This document shows, in pieces, positions 24,949 to 39,224 of a DNA stretch of 64,000 nucleotides (positions are counted from its first letter, which is position 1; the number at the start of each line of letters is the position of its first letter). Where the stretch lies: the NCBI RefSeq assembly GCF_006345805.1, contig NC_042998.1, positions 47,244,001 through 47,308,000 of the forward strand, given 5' to 3'. The position numbers and the translations under genes are program-made. Under the pieces are notes generated by a model that did no database searches, had not been told where the DNA came from, and saw only the letters and a list, made by a program, of their open reading frames with translations. This DNA comes from Octopus sinensis. Its lineage: Eukaryota.

Positions 24949-27199
24949 CAGGCTTTTTTCAGTTACCGCCCATCATATCCACTCTCAAAGCTTTGACCGG
25001 CCTGATACTACAGTAGAAGACAATTGTTCAAGGCGCCACGCAGTGGGAATGAACCGGAACTATGAGGTTTGCAAGTATGCTTCTTACCACACTGCCACAC
25101 CTGTGTTTTTGAAATTATTACATGTCTCTCCCACAAAAGTCTGGAAACGCCCGGAATGTACTTGTATCTGCGCTGTCTTTCGCTTGACATGAGAAGGGAA
25201 AACAACAGCAGGCGTATGTCTTTCAAATCACAACATATTCTGTTAAATTACTATGCATCCTTTGATGCATTCTTCGTTTGATCATAGAGTTCTTCAACTA
25301 AGACTGATCTATTCTTTATTCTTTTACTTGATCCAGTCATTTGATTGCGGGCATGCTGGAATGGTAATAATTAATGAGAATAAAAACACATCAATAAATT
25401 AAAAAAAGAGACATCTGTTCCAGAGATGCGCTGTGCATTTATACCTTTACTGCTATGTAATAGCTTTTGTCTCAACTAGCAGCCAGTGTCCGCTGTATTA
25501 AGAGAGGAGTGTTGTATTGAATAATGCATTCCGAGGAACATGTCCCTTAAAAATATGTGGATGATCACGGACGGAGCCATATGGTTAAATATCGCTGTTT
25601 CCAGAGTTGGTTGGCTGGTTGGTAGAAATCTTCAGACTTCCATTATATCGTAGAAAAATTAGGATAGAGATTAAAAGAGATAGATAGATAGGTAGATAGA
25701 TTGATAGATAGATAGAGAGAGATATAGATAGATAGAGAGAGAGATAAAGAGAGAGAGGGTTAATATTAGAGGTGCAAGGTGCTGCATTCACATAATTGGC
25801 TTGGTAGCAGTCAATGAGTAAAAGAACGCATTACACACAGGGAAAGAGAAACGTGAGACAGGGGATGAGGAGGAGAAGAAGTTGGAGGAGAATGAGGAAG
25901 AGAAGGAATTAGTGATAAAGTAGTTACAAAAAGAGTTATACAAATGAAAAATTTATATTATTTAATCTTTTTTGTTTTGAAATTTAGTATTCACTTTATA
26001 ATTTTATATAAGCACCACAAAATATATTTGATAAAAGTAAACTTATAATTACTGTATGTATGCTGTATTTCTTGATAATACCCATGATAGTAAAGTTATC
26101 CCTTCTAATATAGTAAATTTATCTCTTCTAAAGTTATCCCTCATAAGACGGACAATACTCTAGTCTACACAAAAAGAGCTGTCTACACAACACAGCCTCA
26201 CTAGGAACGACAGACAACAACCTTGCTAGCAAATCCTTTTAAACACATTCGAAACACACCTCACTCTTCTGGCTTACCTTATTTTATATCGTCTCTTCCT
26301 CAACTACTTAATAAATCTTTAACTCAATCTTGTTTTATTCCAAAATTACTTCCCTGCTTTCTCTCTTCCCAACAGGTATTAATCAGCTGAATTTAAATAT
26401 AAACATAAATTTCATGCACCCAACCAGTATGTGGAAAGCCTTCAAATTAACACAAACACCTACAAACCCCCAAAACATACATAAGATAAACAAGAACACC
26501 CATGATGTACGTAAGTCATAAGTCTCATATGCGTGTATATACATATATAAAAAGAACACACATATACACAGATATATATATGGATGGATGGATGGATGTA
26601 TTATATGTACACGCACTCGAACACAAATTATCTCTATACCGGAATATATTCGTCACGTATGGTTTCCTTCGGCATTCAGTCAATGAATAAATTATCACAT
26701 TTTATATATTGTAACTACATCTATTCAGTTTTCTGTCAAATAAAGATACTACACTCGGAAACAAATTAACATAGAAAATAGAAAATATAGTATCGACAAT
26801 AGCTTGACGATTTAATAGTCATGTTTTTTTCTTCTCTACTATTAACGTGAAGCATCACTGATTTTTGTAATAGCAGGAATGTCCAACATATTCAGAAGGA
26901 AATTTTAGTCGATTAAGGCCGATACCTGTACTTGACTAATGTTTAATTCTATGCATACTGGAAGTCTAGAGTGAAAAGTTCGTTTTCCGTGGGATTTGAA
27001 ATCAGAATGAAGAGCTGTAAATGATAACACAAGGCGTTTGACGACTACTGTTTTCACCAATCCTCATCTTTTCTTTTATTCGATTAATGGTTTTAGCCGT
27101 AGGCCCGCGGCTATGCTGCAGCATCACCTTAATATATTTTCCTTCAGTTTTGTTCTCATTTTATGACTGGAAGTTGGTTGAGTTTGTAGCATCTGATCA

Positions 27200-30100
27200 T
27201 CTCTCTGAGTGAATCCTTGAATGGTTGGCTGGTCTGAGATCATCATGGAGAATTTATCCAATGTTGTTTCGGGTGTTTCGGTAGAGGTCCCTTTATATTT
27301 CTGAATACTTCAGGTAGGCAGCTGAACAATTGAGGACTTCTAAATAGTAGACTGGTACAATAAATTGTTTTTGTTCGTTATTTCGAAGGTGATATATTTC
27401 GAAGCTGAAGATATCTGCCAGTTCATGCATTGAAATTCTCTTTAATCCTGAATTTTATAACATGCTCTTTCAAGATTATCTAAACGTTTATGCAAGTATA
27501 TCTCTCTCCGGCGTTTCCAGTAATTAAGGTGTTTAACTCAAGTTCTTTTACCAGTGAACATTCTTTTTAATCCTTCAATTTTTTCTGAGACCGGATGCGT
27601 TTGGAGACCAAAGCTGGGAGCAGTTATCTAGTGTGCTGAGAACTAAGATTTTCCGTAGAATCATTAAGTTTCGTAGGATCCATGCTATGAGATGTCTGCA
27701 TTTAGACGTAGTTTGGTGATGTGGCTGATGAAAGATGCATCGTTTGACATGAGTACTCCTAAGTCTCGTATGTCATTAGCACTCTCAGTCATTATTCGAT
27801 CAAATAATGCGATCTGTTCGTATTCCCCTCTAATGCAGAATCTGAAATTTTGATGCATTAAATTCCATATTGTTTTTATGTTCCTATTGATAAATGAGGT
27901 TAAGCTAATTTTGCAGTGGTACGGCATCTTCTGGAGTATGGGTAGCCGTCGACATTTTTGTGTCATCGACGTAACTCGTTATATTAGACTAGAGGGCTTG
28001 GGAACTTATACTTGGTAAGGTGATGATAAATAATAGTTGTCTTAGAACCGAGCCCCGAGGGATTCCACTTATTACACGTGACTTTACAGAGAGAAAATTG
28101 TTGGCAGCAACAGATTGATTTTTATTCCGGAAGAAGTCAGAGAGCCCTTCTCCGTGTTTTCCGGAGTGTCCAGGATATCTCACCCTATGACAGATAATAT
28201 CCATGATCAATCTTGTCAAATACTTTAGTAAAGTAAAAGAATATGCAGTCAGTGTCCATTCTTCTCAAGAGATTATTGAGGATAGTATTAGGGAGGATAC
28301 TTGCAATAGTTGTGACAGACAACTTTGTCTCCGAATAAATGCTGTGCATCGACTATGAGGTTGCTTTCCTCAAGGTACGTAATTATTAACAATTATTCGA
28401 CAATTTTAGATTTGTGAGATGTGAGAGAAACAGGTTTGTAATTAATAGCTTCAGACCTGCAATCTCTTTTATGTATAGGTGTTGCTACTACGTCTTTCAT
28501 TACTTCTGGAAATATGTCGTTATCTAGCAACTTTTGGAATAACAGCTTTGATGGTTTGGGGAGGGCTAGGGTTAGAGTTAGGGCTTTTAACAATATGGTT
28601 GGCAGGATATCTGGTCCAGATGCTGAGTTTGAGTCTAGGTCATTAATAGCTGCAAGTATATCATTTTCTATAATATCATTGATTTCTAGACGTGTCTCTG
28701 CAGTTGAATTCTGAGGCCCAAAGAATTCGTTTCAATTATGTATTTTTGTTTTGTTTATAGGTTGAAGCGCGCATATTTGTATTTGAATATGATACATTTG
28801 TATATGATACATTTTGGCCCATTAGAGGGCCAATCTGGTTATGTGAAGATGATGTTTGGTTAGCAAAGTGGAAAAAGAATTTGGTATTAGTCTTTTTAGT
28901 TTTTTCTGCTCGGGATTCCTTTAGTGAAGTTTCTTTGTCATAAGATATTTTTAGGTCCACTTTAATGTTCTTTCTTTTCATTTTTCTTTCGCAATCTCAC
29001 CTGTTGAGAGAGGACTTTTTAGTTGTTTTGTTAGTTTGGTTCCGTTTGCATCAATATCCGTCTATCTCCTGGAATTACGCTCTTGCAGGATTAGGCGTGT
29101 TTATATGGGGTATGTTTCAACAGATCTTCATTGACTCTTCATACAGAAACTTAATTCATTCGACAACATTGAGTTTGCCAATATGCTGAGACCATAAGGC
29201 GGCGAGCTGGCAGAAACGTTAGCACGCCGGGCGAAATGCTTTGCAGTATTTCGTCTGCTGCTACGTTCTGAGTTCAAATTCCGCCAAGGTCGACTTTGCC
29301 TTTTATCCTTTCGGGGTCGATTAAATAAGTACCAGTTATGCACTTTGGGTCGATATAATTGACTTAATCCGTTTGTCTGTTCTTGTTCGTCCCCTCTGTG
29401 TTTAGCCCTTTATGGGTAGTAAAGAAATAGGTATTTTTTCTGTCTTTACGTTCTGAGTTCAAATTCCACCGAGGTCGAATTTGCATTTCATCTTTTCGGG
29501 GTCGATGAATTAAGTACCAGCTGCGTACTGGTGTCGATCTAATCGACTGGGCCCTCCCCAAAATTTCGGGCCTTGTGCCTAGATTAGAAAAAATTATGCT
29601 GAAACCAGTTTGTTTCGAGAATTTCTGTTTCGACTTCCTTTCATTTGGCCTTCTTGAAATTTAATTGCATGAGGGTTGAGTCCTGCTTGATGCTATTTGT
29701 GCTTTGTTCACTTTGAACCATATCTAGATAACAGTAAAATTTTGTGACTAGAAGTAGCTGTTGAAATGACCAGAACATTGTGAATGGAGTCTGTAGTGAT
29801 GGCAAAGACTAAACTGTTCAGGTGATGAGTTTTTGCATGAAAAATACTTTAGTAATATCAAGGGGATATCTTCTGTTTAGATTGTTTAGTTCCAGGTTGG
29901 AAATAGCCATCAGGTCAACTGAGACCAGGAAAATTGAAGTCCTCTGTGAGCAGTACATTGGGTTTTGAGCTGGTCTCACTTAGGATTTGACTTACAAGAG
30001 AAAATGCATCCCTGAAATAGCCTCCGGAATTATCGCATCAGAAGAACGGTAGGTAATACCTATGATCAAATTGAGACTGATCTCATGCAATATTGGTATA

Positions 30101-30370
30101 TTGAACTTTAGCTTGGAGTGGAAGAGGAGGACATTTGTTGATAAGTCATCACAGGCGAAGAACGTTACTCCCTGTTTCCGTATTCTGCAGACAGTTCTGC
30201 GTAGTACATTAACTCATAAAAGTGTTTCCGATTCCAATATGTCTAGGGGCAGGTGTGTTTCACTCAGTGCTAGCATATTGTTTTTTGTCCGACATATGGA
30301 ACGTGAAAAACCTTGTACTTCCAGCATTATTACTGTGTTAGGTTTCTGGGTTAATGACATCAATGGTGTG
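27200..30370 (-). mobile_element. Degenerate CR1/L2-group LINE ORF2 (APE endonuclease plus RT)
   Basis: APE motifs ALSETHL, ITYRSS and EDFNFP; RT motifs ATPIHK..EAINYKPVSLTS, SGIPRGSVLRQLLFII, YVDDTK (about 27960-27975) and RDLGVLMS. Interrupted by a SINE at 29198-29594. Confidence 0.85.
29198..29594 (+). mobile_element. Dimeric SINE family 2 (Nin-core) with target-site duplication
   Basis: Head ggcggcgagctggcagaaacgttagc, B-box-like gagttcaaattcc, two Nin-like cores. TSD tatgctga(g/a)acca at 29182-29194 and 29595-29607. Confidence 0.85.
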
Positions 30371-30665
30371 CGCTTGTTCACTAAAATAGCTACAACACCT
30401 AAAAGTGTAGAGAGGGCTTAGTCGATTACATCGTCACCAGTTAGATAACAGTTATGTATAGCAATGGAGTAGAGAAAACGTCAATGAAGGTGAGCAAAAA
30501 ACTGAACACATTTTACCAACGATGGCCAGGGAAGATCTTCAAAGTTGCTTAGTGAGATAGAATGACAAATAAAGAAATCTTAGTTGGTTTTGCTTGACAT
30601 GTGGCAATTTGTGTCTCTCAACCTGATGGTGGACATTTCAGGAATACTTTATTATGCTTGTGGGC

Positions 30666-30759
<94 letters not shown>

Positions 30760-30770
30760 CAACAACAACA

Positions 30771-30952
30771 TCAAAAAATACCTTAGGAATGAGAACCCAG
30801 GTTCGAAATTTCTCCAAGACACCTAATTAAAGCTGGTGGGTATATCAACCGAAACGTTGTGTTAACAACAAACAAGATGAGGACAAATATCCGTCAATTG
30901 TAAATAATGTAAACAATGTACATAATTCCTCATCTCTTAAATATAGAACTGT
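30771..30952 (+). mobile_element. Short element after (AAT)n(AAC)n with a decayed hammerhead-like fold (30819-30862)
   Basis: acac-CTAATTA-a-agctg..caacc-GAAAC-GTT-gtgt. Stem I and GAAAC-GUH are intact; the core and stem II are mutated. Confidence 0.45.
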
Positions 30953-31481
30953 ACTCATTTACTTATTTTCATACTTTTGTTTTCATTTTTTGCTTCATTG
31001 TAACTGACCTTATTACTTATATCTGAAGAGTTGTAGACTATAGCCCAATTCCTCATGTAGACGTGTAGCACACTACATCTACCAAAGTGTATTCTTATAG
31101 AAATAAGCGAAACGGAGATTAAAAAAAAAAAAAAATCAAGTTACCTTTTTACAAATAACCTGATGAGACACATCATCACCGATGATGCACCACAGTTATT
31201 TGAACAATATCTCAACCACGAAGCACCTATGCACAATGAATTGAATCGATCTTAGTAAATAAGTCTCATTGTCTTTCTCTCACATTTTTGTTTCTAGCGA
31301 TCTGTGGATTAGTATTATAACCATCGAAGTTCTCCATTGGCAATCACATATATTCGGCATAGCAAAGACTGCGTCGCACGCAGGAATTAGCCTTCCACTT
31401 CCGGGGCTGGAATACTTTATACTGCAAACCTCAAATTACATCTTTAATGGGGAGACTATTGTCACACAGTGCGCTAAGATA

Positions 31482-32043
31482 TTGGGTTGTCCGAAAAGTT
31501 CGTGCCGATTTATAGTAGCTTTCGACATATGTTAGAACATGGTTGAGTCCATAAAATACGATTTGACTGCTACTCCATTTAGAGCAGAGTTTAAGCTATC
31601 TTTTCGTGGAAGAAGGTTTATGTTCCTATAACCTGTCTTAATTTTATAATCCTTTAAAATGAAGATAAGAAAGTTCATTTTCGGCAATTGATGCTTTGGG
31701 AACCAGACAAAAATTGCTGCAGCCCGGCTGGGATGTATTACCGCAACCTCCATATTCACCAGATATTGCTCCTTGGGATTTCCACTTATTCAGGTCTCTT
31801 CAGAATAGTCTTAATGGTAAAAATTTCAATTCCTTGGATGACGTAAAAATGATACCTTGATGAATTCATTGCCATGAAACCACCAAAATTTTGAGAAGAG
31901 GGCATATTCAAGTTACAGGAAAGATGGAGACGCATTGTGCAACAAAATGGTTCATATTTGGTTGATTAAAAATGTAATGGCAAGTATTTATTGACCTTTT
32001 TTCTTTCCTTTAAAAATCAGCTCGAACTTTCTGGACAACCCAA
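31482..32043 (+). mobile_element. Internally deleted mariner element with TIRs and TA target duplication
   Basis: TIRs ttgggttgtccgaaaagttcg...att and aatc...cgaactttctggacaacccaa, flanked by TA. C-terminal transposase PPYSPDIAPWDFHLFRSLQNSL...GIFKLQERWRRIVQQNGSYLVD*. Confidence 0.9.
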
Positions 32044-33141
32044 TATTTCAGGCTCTGGTACACAGACATGTTTTCTACTCTGTTGCAATGGCTTCCGCTT
32101 CTTGAACGTAGCAAATCTTGTCCAATATCAAGTTCGACACTTTAGCAATTCGTCTCTCCTTCGTATAACATTTATTGAGTCTGATACCTCATTGCTCATA
32201 CCACACCAATTATAATTACTAACCACAGGACATCAGCCATCCAGAAAAGCATATCACTGCTCCTTTTTCTTGCTGTCGTCTACATGTGACTGTACGTCTC
32301 TGAGAGAACCAACATCACACAGAATATGACAAATCTGTATCTCTTGAGATGCAAGTACAATACACCCGTTGGGCTTCTCTACAGTTTCCGTCTCTTCAAT
32401 TTCACTTATAAGGTGTGAGTAAATTCGACACTACAGAAGATTAACATATGCAAAAGTGTCACGCGTTGGGATCGAACCCGGAACCTCGTGCAAAGCGCAG
32501 TCCTTATTCGGGCATCGTAAGTCCACTGAATGTATGTATGTATGTATGTATGTATGTATGTATGTATGCAAGTAGGTATGTACATAGGTAGGTACGTAGG
32601 TATTCGCCTAAATAATACATACATACACACACACATACACACATATATATATATATATATATACATCCACACACATTTATATACGTGTTTATAAATATAT
32701 ATGTATCCGTCTACAGACACATACATACATACACCCACACGCACACACACGCATACACACACATAGACACACACACAGATACTGTATATATAGCGTTTTA
32801 ATGAATAAATAATGACACGATAAATCACTACATAGCAGTTATTATCTCAGCCTGGGGGAGTTTGTCTCTATGCAACAGCAGTATGGAACATCTTGTCACC
32901 AGATGCAAATGACGTAGCCCGAGTTGAGCGGAGAGTTGGAGGAATTTTTTCAATACCATTACATAGGTTCCTAATTTGTAATAATTCAGTTAAGGAAAAT
33001 ATGTTCATACTCATTTTTATATAGTAACACAAACACACATTTACAAATGTGTGTTTATATATTGGATATGAGTGTATGTTTGTACGCATGTATTAATGCA
33101 TGTTATGTATACACACACACACATATATATGCGTCTATCTG

Positions 33142-33313
<172 letters not shown>

Positions 33314-35479
33314 ACTATCTATGTTTACATACGTACGTTTATGTGGTTGTGTTTTTGTATGTATAATACTTGATTCTGTGTGTGACTAGTATGTTTTTGT
33401 GTAACGAGAAACTCGCTCGCTTATATATATATATAGATATATATATTCTCGTACTTGTACATATTCGAAGCGTGTTATATTTTGTAACCTATTTAATTAT
33501 GCAAATATAGGTTATCACTCACTATAAATTGTCAAGTAATTTATAAGGACAAAAAAATCTTCAATCTGATTCATAAATTAAACATCTTGAAATGTAAATC
33601 AGAATAGTCATCGCTGACCAAATTCTTGTTGCGGTAAATATGGGTGTGATATGACTAATTTCATTGCTACCAACTGGATCACTTTATAAAACCACAAACG
33701 TCCCCAAGCCTATATGGAAAAATATGTCTTTCTATATCATAGAGAAACCATTTAAAGAATCTGTCGAGTTGTAGTTTGTTTAGCTTCACCCAAGACTGTG
33801 GCGAAAACATATGTTAACCACTATTTACAAGCCAAGCCAACATTTTTAGTCATGGGCCACACCTGCTACTTGTAGTAAGCTTTACATCAACATAGTACAC
33901 GTTTATAAAAATGAATTTATTTTCCTTCGTAACAAAATCTTCAGTTAATACCTTGTTAAAAATTGTATACACATCTTTATTTTGATCCTCGCCGTTCCGT
34001 GTGCTTTTACTAAGTAAAATCTAGCTTCACAAGCCTCGGCACGTAGCAGCAAATGTATTGCTTGTTGTTATCTGCATGTGGGAACAGAAGGCTGGAACTT
34101 TTATCTACTATTGAGGAGGCAAAATCATCCACATGTCTCGTATTCCGCTGATGTCGGCTTGATGTATGTTTACACACAAAATCTATAGAGAATCTTTTCT
34201 AAGAGACCAAAATCTCCCAATGAATGTCTTTCCTTTCTCTCGTGTACAGGAACGTGTAAAAACTCAATCTACAATTCTTTACAACTTCATTTTACTTTAA
34301 CTGCTTATAGATATTTGATAAAGTTAATTTTAAAATGAATATTTTTAGCTATTTAGTGTAGTATTAGGTATATTGTTACTTTTGTTCTTCTCGTACAGAC
34401 ATACGGTCAAAGGCATCTAATTTATATCGAACCACAATATCCAGCGTACTTTTTCAGATATTCTAGGAAATGGTTTAAGGAGTTTTGGTTGCTATTTCTT
34501 TAAGGCTGGGGGACTACTCAAGTGTTCCAACGGTGTGATGAGAGTAGTACACAAACAATCTACCAAAATGGCTATCCTTCATTCCAAAACATGAAATGAT
34601 TGTGGAAACAAATGAATGGACAACATGCTGAGATTGTTCTGACGTTTTTATTTTGTCTTCGCATGATTTCAAGAATTTGTTAAGAATAGGCTAATTTCGC
34701 ACAAAATAGGATCAACTTTGACAATAAACATATCTGAAATTTTATGAAGTTGAAAATATTTAAAAGATGAAATGAAAGTCCTATTTTTAGGGCTTTATTG
34801 TACAAATGAAAACAAATTATATCTACAGTCAGTCAATTAAACGGATTTAAACTTCTAATGAGCATGCCGAGCAGTCATATATTTTCGTCATTAACTTAAT
34901 TTCTTTAAAATTTTAGTTTTCATATATTGTCACTTTAATATATAAACACAGATACCATTGAAGACTGATGTTTCAAAACAAATCCAAGCTGTATGACTTA
35001 AATGAAACAATGGTTTCCGTTCTAAAATATGTTTTTAATTTGTATATGATTCCTTTATAATCACCGGGAGATGTTAATGCTTCGTTTCTCTAAAATAAAT
35101 GGGGCATCTGGTGCAAAACTAAACGCGGCAGACTGAGTATTTTAGTATATTTTAGTATCGTTGTTTTGTTTTTCGATACACTCGTGCTTGTTAAAGATAA
35201 AAGAACAGCAACCATAATAATTAAAGTTACAAGTGGTAAAACCTATCCTATCTTTGTACTCCATGTATTAACGAAAACCTAGCTTGCGTGTTCCTTATGC
35301 TCTCATGTCACTGGAAAGAAGATGCATTGAAGAACATTGTATTTGGCACTGTAGTATATATGTTACTATTCTATTAGATTATCTACACAAGCAGTAATTA
35401 ATCGGTAATAGAAATAAAAAGAAATATAACATTGGCGTCATGCACAACATTAAAAGAGAATAGGCATTATTGTAAGAAG

Positions 35480-35896
35480 GGATCTTTTCGGTTTGACCGG
35501 CAGTTTTTTAAAATAATTTCCACGTAACTAAACACTTTTAAACTTCGTATACTGGTAGAATGCGTTTATAAAACATCTTTTTTCTCTTGGCTTTTTTGAG
35601 AAAATTCTATAGTTTGTAAGATATTTGTTGTTGTTTTCTTCAATTTCAGCAATTTCAACCAATCAATGACGTCTATTGAGGTGAAAACATTCTGTGCCGA
35701 ATGAATATGTCCCTCGTTTAAGATACATATTGGGTTTATTTACATTTCTGAAGAAAAAAAGATACCCTTCCCCCCACCCCTAACCCTAACCCTAAAACAG
35801 ATTGAAATGCAATAGATCGATACTAGGGTCATAATTATGGGTGACAACTTCATATGACACCGCTAGAAAAAACTGCCGTTCAAACCGAAAAGATCC
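35480..35896. mobile_element. MITE with about 28-bp TIRs and a 7-bp direct flanking repeat
   Basis: TIRs ggatcttttcggtttgaccggcagttttt and aaaaactgccgttcaaaccgaaaagatcc. taagaag at 35473-35479 and 35897-35903. Internal ccctaaccctaaccct. Confidence 0.85.
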
Positions 35897-36298
35897 TAAG
35901 AAGTAACTTTGATGATAATCTTTCCATTGTAAATATTTGACTCAAACTAGTGCTACATATTGTGACGAATAGGATTATATATAGCCGTCACTCGCAAGCG
36001 AATATGTCTTCGTAAGATGTACCATACTTGTTTTACATGCCCACGTATTTGCACTCTGGCATAGACCACCTTCTTGGACCATCGATATTCATCCAGAACT
36101 TGACGGTTAGAAGTGGAGGGGGGAAGACTGCAGAAAAGCCCAGTTGGTACTCGTTACAAGCAAGCAGGAGGGAGCATAGTGAAAGGAAATGTGTGGCTCA
36201 AGACAAAATGCGTAGCCCAGCACAAGAATTGAAATCACCTCCTCAAAATCGCGAGACCAAAACCCTAAATATTAAATTACGCACCTTCAAAGGAACCA

Positions 36299-36376
<78 letters not shown>

Positions 36377-36410
36377 CGTGCGTGCGTGTGTGTACATACA
36401 TACACATATG

Positions 36411-36457
<47 letters not shown>

Positions 36458-36540
36458 GTATTTCTCTATCTATTCCTGTCTGTCTGCCTAGCTATACATG
36501 TATATATATACATATGCACGCACACACACACACACACACA

Positions 36541-36574
<34 letters not shown>

Positions 36575-37064
36575 ACAAACACACTCACATACACACACAT
36601 ACACACACAAAGCGATTGTTGCATATTTAATGAAAGATAGAGATAGTTAACGATATTCCCCTATGCTAGTGTGCTAGTTTTCAAGTATACCGCAAGATGA
36701 CAGTTTACGAATCGTAATGTAATGTTCAAATTATTTGGAAAAATGTTGTCCAATATTTTACAGCGGAAACAAAGTATATTTAGCGTTGCTCTAGTTGAAG
36801 AAATAGGTTAAATTCCATTTAATTCACATAAATATTTTACTAATATATTTCACTGTTATACGTTCTTACATACATACATACATACCTTATATATGTACAT
36901 GTTTGTGTGTGTGTGTGTGTATGTTAGTGTATGTGGTTACGCATATATGTAAATATGTATGTACGTATGTGTGTGTGTGTGCTTGTGTGTATATGTATGT
37001 ATTCAAAAGTAGACGTAGAGATATGCAGAGAGGCAAGACAGAAAGAGAAAGAGAGAGAGAGACG

Positions 37065-37110
<46 letters not shown>

Positions 37111-37309
37111 AAGAGAGAGAGAGGGAGGGAGAAAGAAAAAGAGAGAGGGAGAAATAGAGGGAGAGGGAGATTAATATCAGTATAATCTACCTCCGCATTG
37201 CAAATGGACTCTGGTTGTAAATACCCTCGTCCGCTGTTAATTGATTCACCAAATGTTAATATTATTTGGTCATGAAGGATTGCCCTATTAAATGTATAAG
37301 CATTGGACA

Positions 37310-37577
37310 ATTCTGTTGTGTCTGGGGAGAGTCATTTTCTTTTTGTGCCTTATAGTGTAACACACTCATCAGTAAAATTTCCACTTATTTCTTATTTTTT
37401 TATTTTCCTAAATTTTTCGTTGCGTCTAGCAACCTTTTCAATATATTAAAAAGGTTGCAAGACGCAACGAAAATTCTAGGAAAATAAAAATTTAAAATAA
37501 GTGGAAATTTTACCGGTGAGTCTGTTATATTTTAAAAGGCACAAAAAGAAAATGACTCTCCCCAGACACAACAGAAT
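37310..37577. mobile_element. Foldback (hairpin) MITE with about 130-bp imperfect arms
   Basis: attctgttgtgtctggggagagtcattttc pairs with gaaaatgactctccccagacacaacagaat; centre near 37443. Confidence 0.85.
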
Positions 37578-38494
37578 ATGCTTCAACACACGAACTCATA
37601 TAAAGAATCTTGCAAACCAAATCCAAAAACGAAATATTTGGACAATGTCTCCGATCTAAATATAAGCAAATATCTTGATGTTCTACGGTTACGGCTAATT
37701 TCATTTGTGGCGATACAATGTTTATTAAAGAGTATTTGTGAAAGTGATTCTCCAACGAAATCCCGCTGCCAGATTGAAAACGAGCCCATGACCCGTGGAG
37801 AACACTTCTGATGCTATTTGCTGACGGACTAAACAATAACTGCTGACTTCTAGCAGTGTTGCTTGCATCGATTAAAGGAACGGATAACAGTGGTCCTTGA
37901 ATTTTGCTAATTATCTCCCCTCTTTACTCCTAGTCTCAGAAATCTTACAAATATGATGTGATCTGACGTTTCTCATTATGGCTGTGGCCTAAAAGATATT
38001 GTTGTTTTTGGAGTACAGTTAATTTGTTAACGACCGTCTTATCAGAAAACAGCGTCGTATGTAATACATAAAGCAGAGTGGGTTTTAATGACATGTCTAT
38101 ACTATGTGAGAAAGGAGATCCTTTAATAAATGTAAACTGTTGCTGTTTAACCCAGTCTAGCTCAGAACCAAAACTAAACTTTTTTCAGAAACAGGTTGAT
38201 ATATTAGTGAGCTATCAACGGAGTTGGGGAGCAGAACGATTGAATTTCTCAAGAAAAAGTGGTCTGACATGGAGGACTGGGAACCATGTGGATATTGGAA
38301 AAGAGTTAATTCTACCAAGATGAATTGCCCTGATTAATTCGTCTTTTATGGAATCGTGTACCCCGGAGACATAATGTCTTTTCCTTTGCCAAGAAGGTAC
38401 TGTATTCTTTAACGGAAACGGAGTTGCTATTTCTAGCAGATCGGAAGGAACAGGTGGAAAATCATTCATTTGTTCAATTACTATCTATCTATCA

Positions 38495-38563
<69 letters not shown>

Positions 38564-38589
38564 ATCTATATGATTATTTGATTAATATA

Positions 38590-39060
38590 TATGATTAATT
38601 GATTAATCAATTAATTAATTAATTAATTAAATTAATAAATTTTAGCCCTCTATTATTAATTTAAAATTATAATTTACTCCATGATAGATTACTGCATTTT
38701 TCTGCGGTATTGCTCGTAGCATACAGGCGGGTATAGAGTTTGAATAGTGTACTCACATTTGGCTCTGTAAATTTTGGAAGTTTTGGTTGGATATCTGTTA
38801 CATGATGACGCTCGATTGTGTGCATGTTCAGCAATAGTACTTTCAAATTTTATAAAAATTTAACATACTTTAATCTCGAAACGCCTATATAATTAATCCT
38901 GGTCGTGTTGATTCGTTGTTTTTCTCTTTGCCTTCCCAAAAAAAGTATGTTTACCGTCATGGAGATTCTTATAGTAGCAGAAAAGGAATTTTTAACTCCT
39001 ATTTCTAATTTCGGTATGTGGTGAAGCAGTTAGCTGAACCCTAATTATAATTATAATTAT
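38590..39060 (+). mobile_element. Diverged family B element (homolog of 10339-10860)
   Basis: Shares ttcggtatgtggtgaagca..gctgaacc.taattataa, cgaaacgc.tata and the ttaattgattaa block. The hammerhead core and stem II appear deleted. Confidence 0.65.
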
Positions 39061-39224
39061 ATATATATATATATATGCATAGACACATACATACATACAT
39101 ACATACACATACCATACGCACATACATAAATACATACATGCATACATACATACATGCATACATACATACATACATACATACATACATACATACATACATA
39201 CATACATACATACATACATACATA

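Noticed and set aside
31160-31200. CTGATGAG motif (also 61120-61128)
   Set aside because: Core heptamer only, with no matching stem II-GAAA; expected by chance.
37525-37836. Non-repetitive ORFs (also 7094-7285, 36028-36300, 62539-62796)
   Set aside because: No recognisable domain or consistent splice structure; cannot be supported as coding without homology or RNA data.
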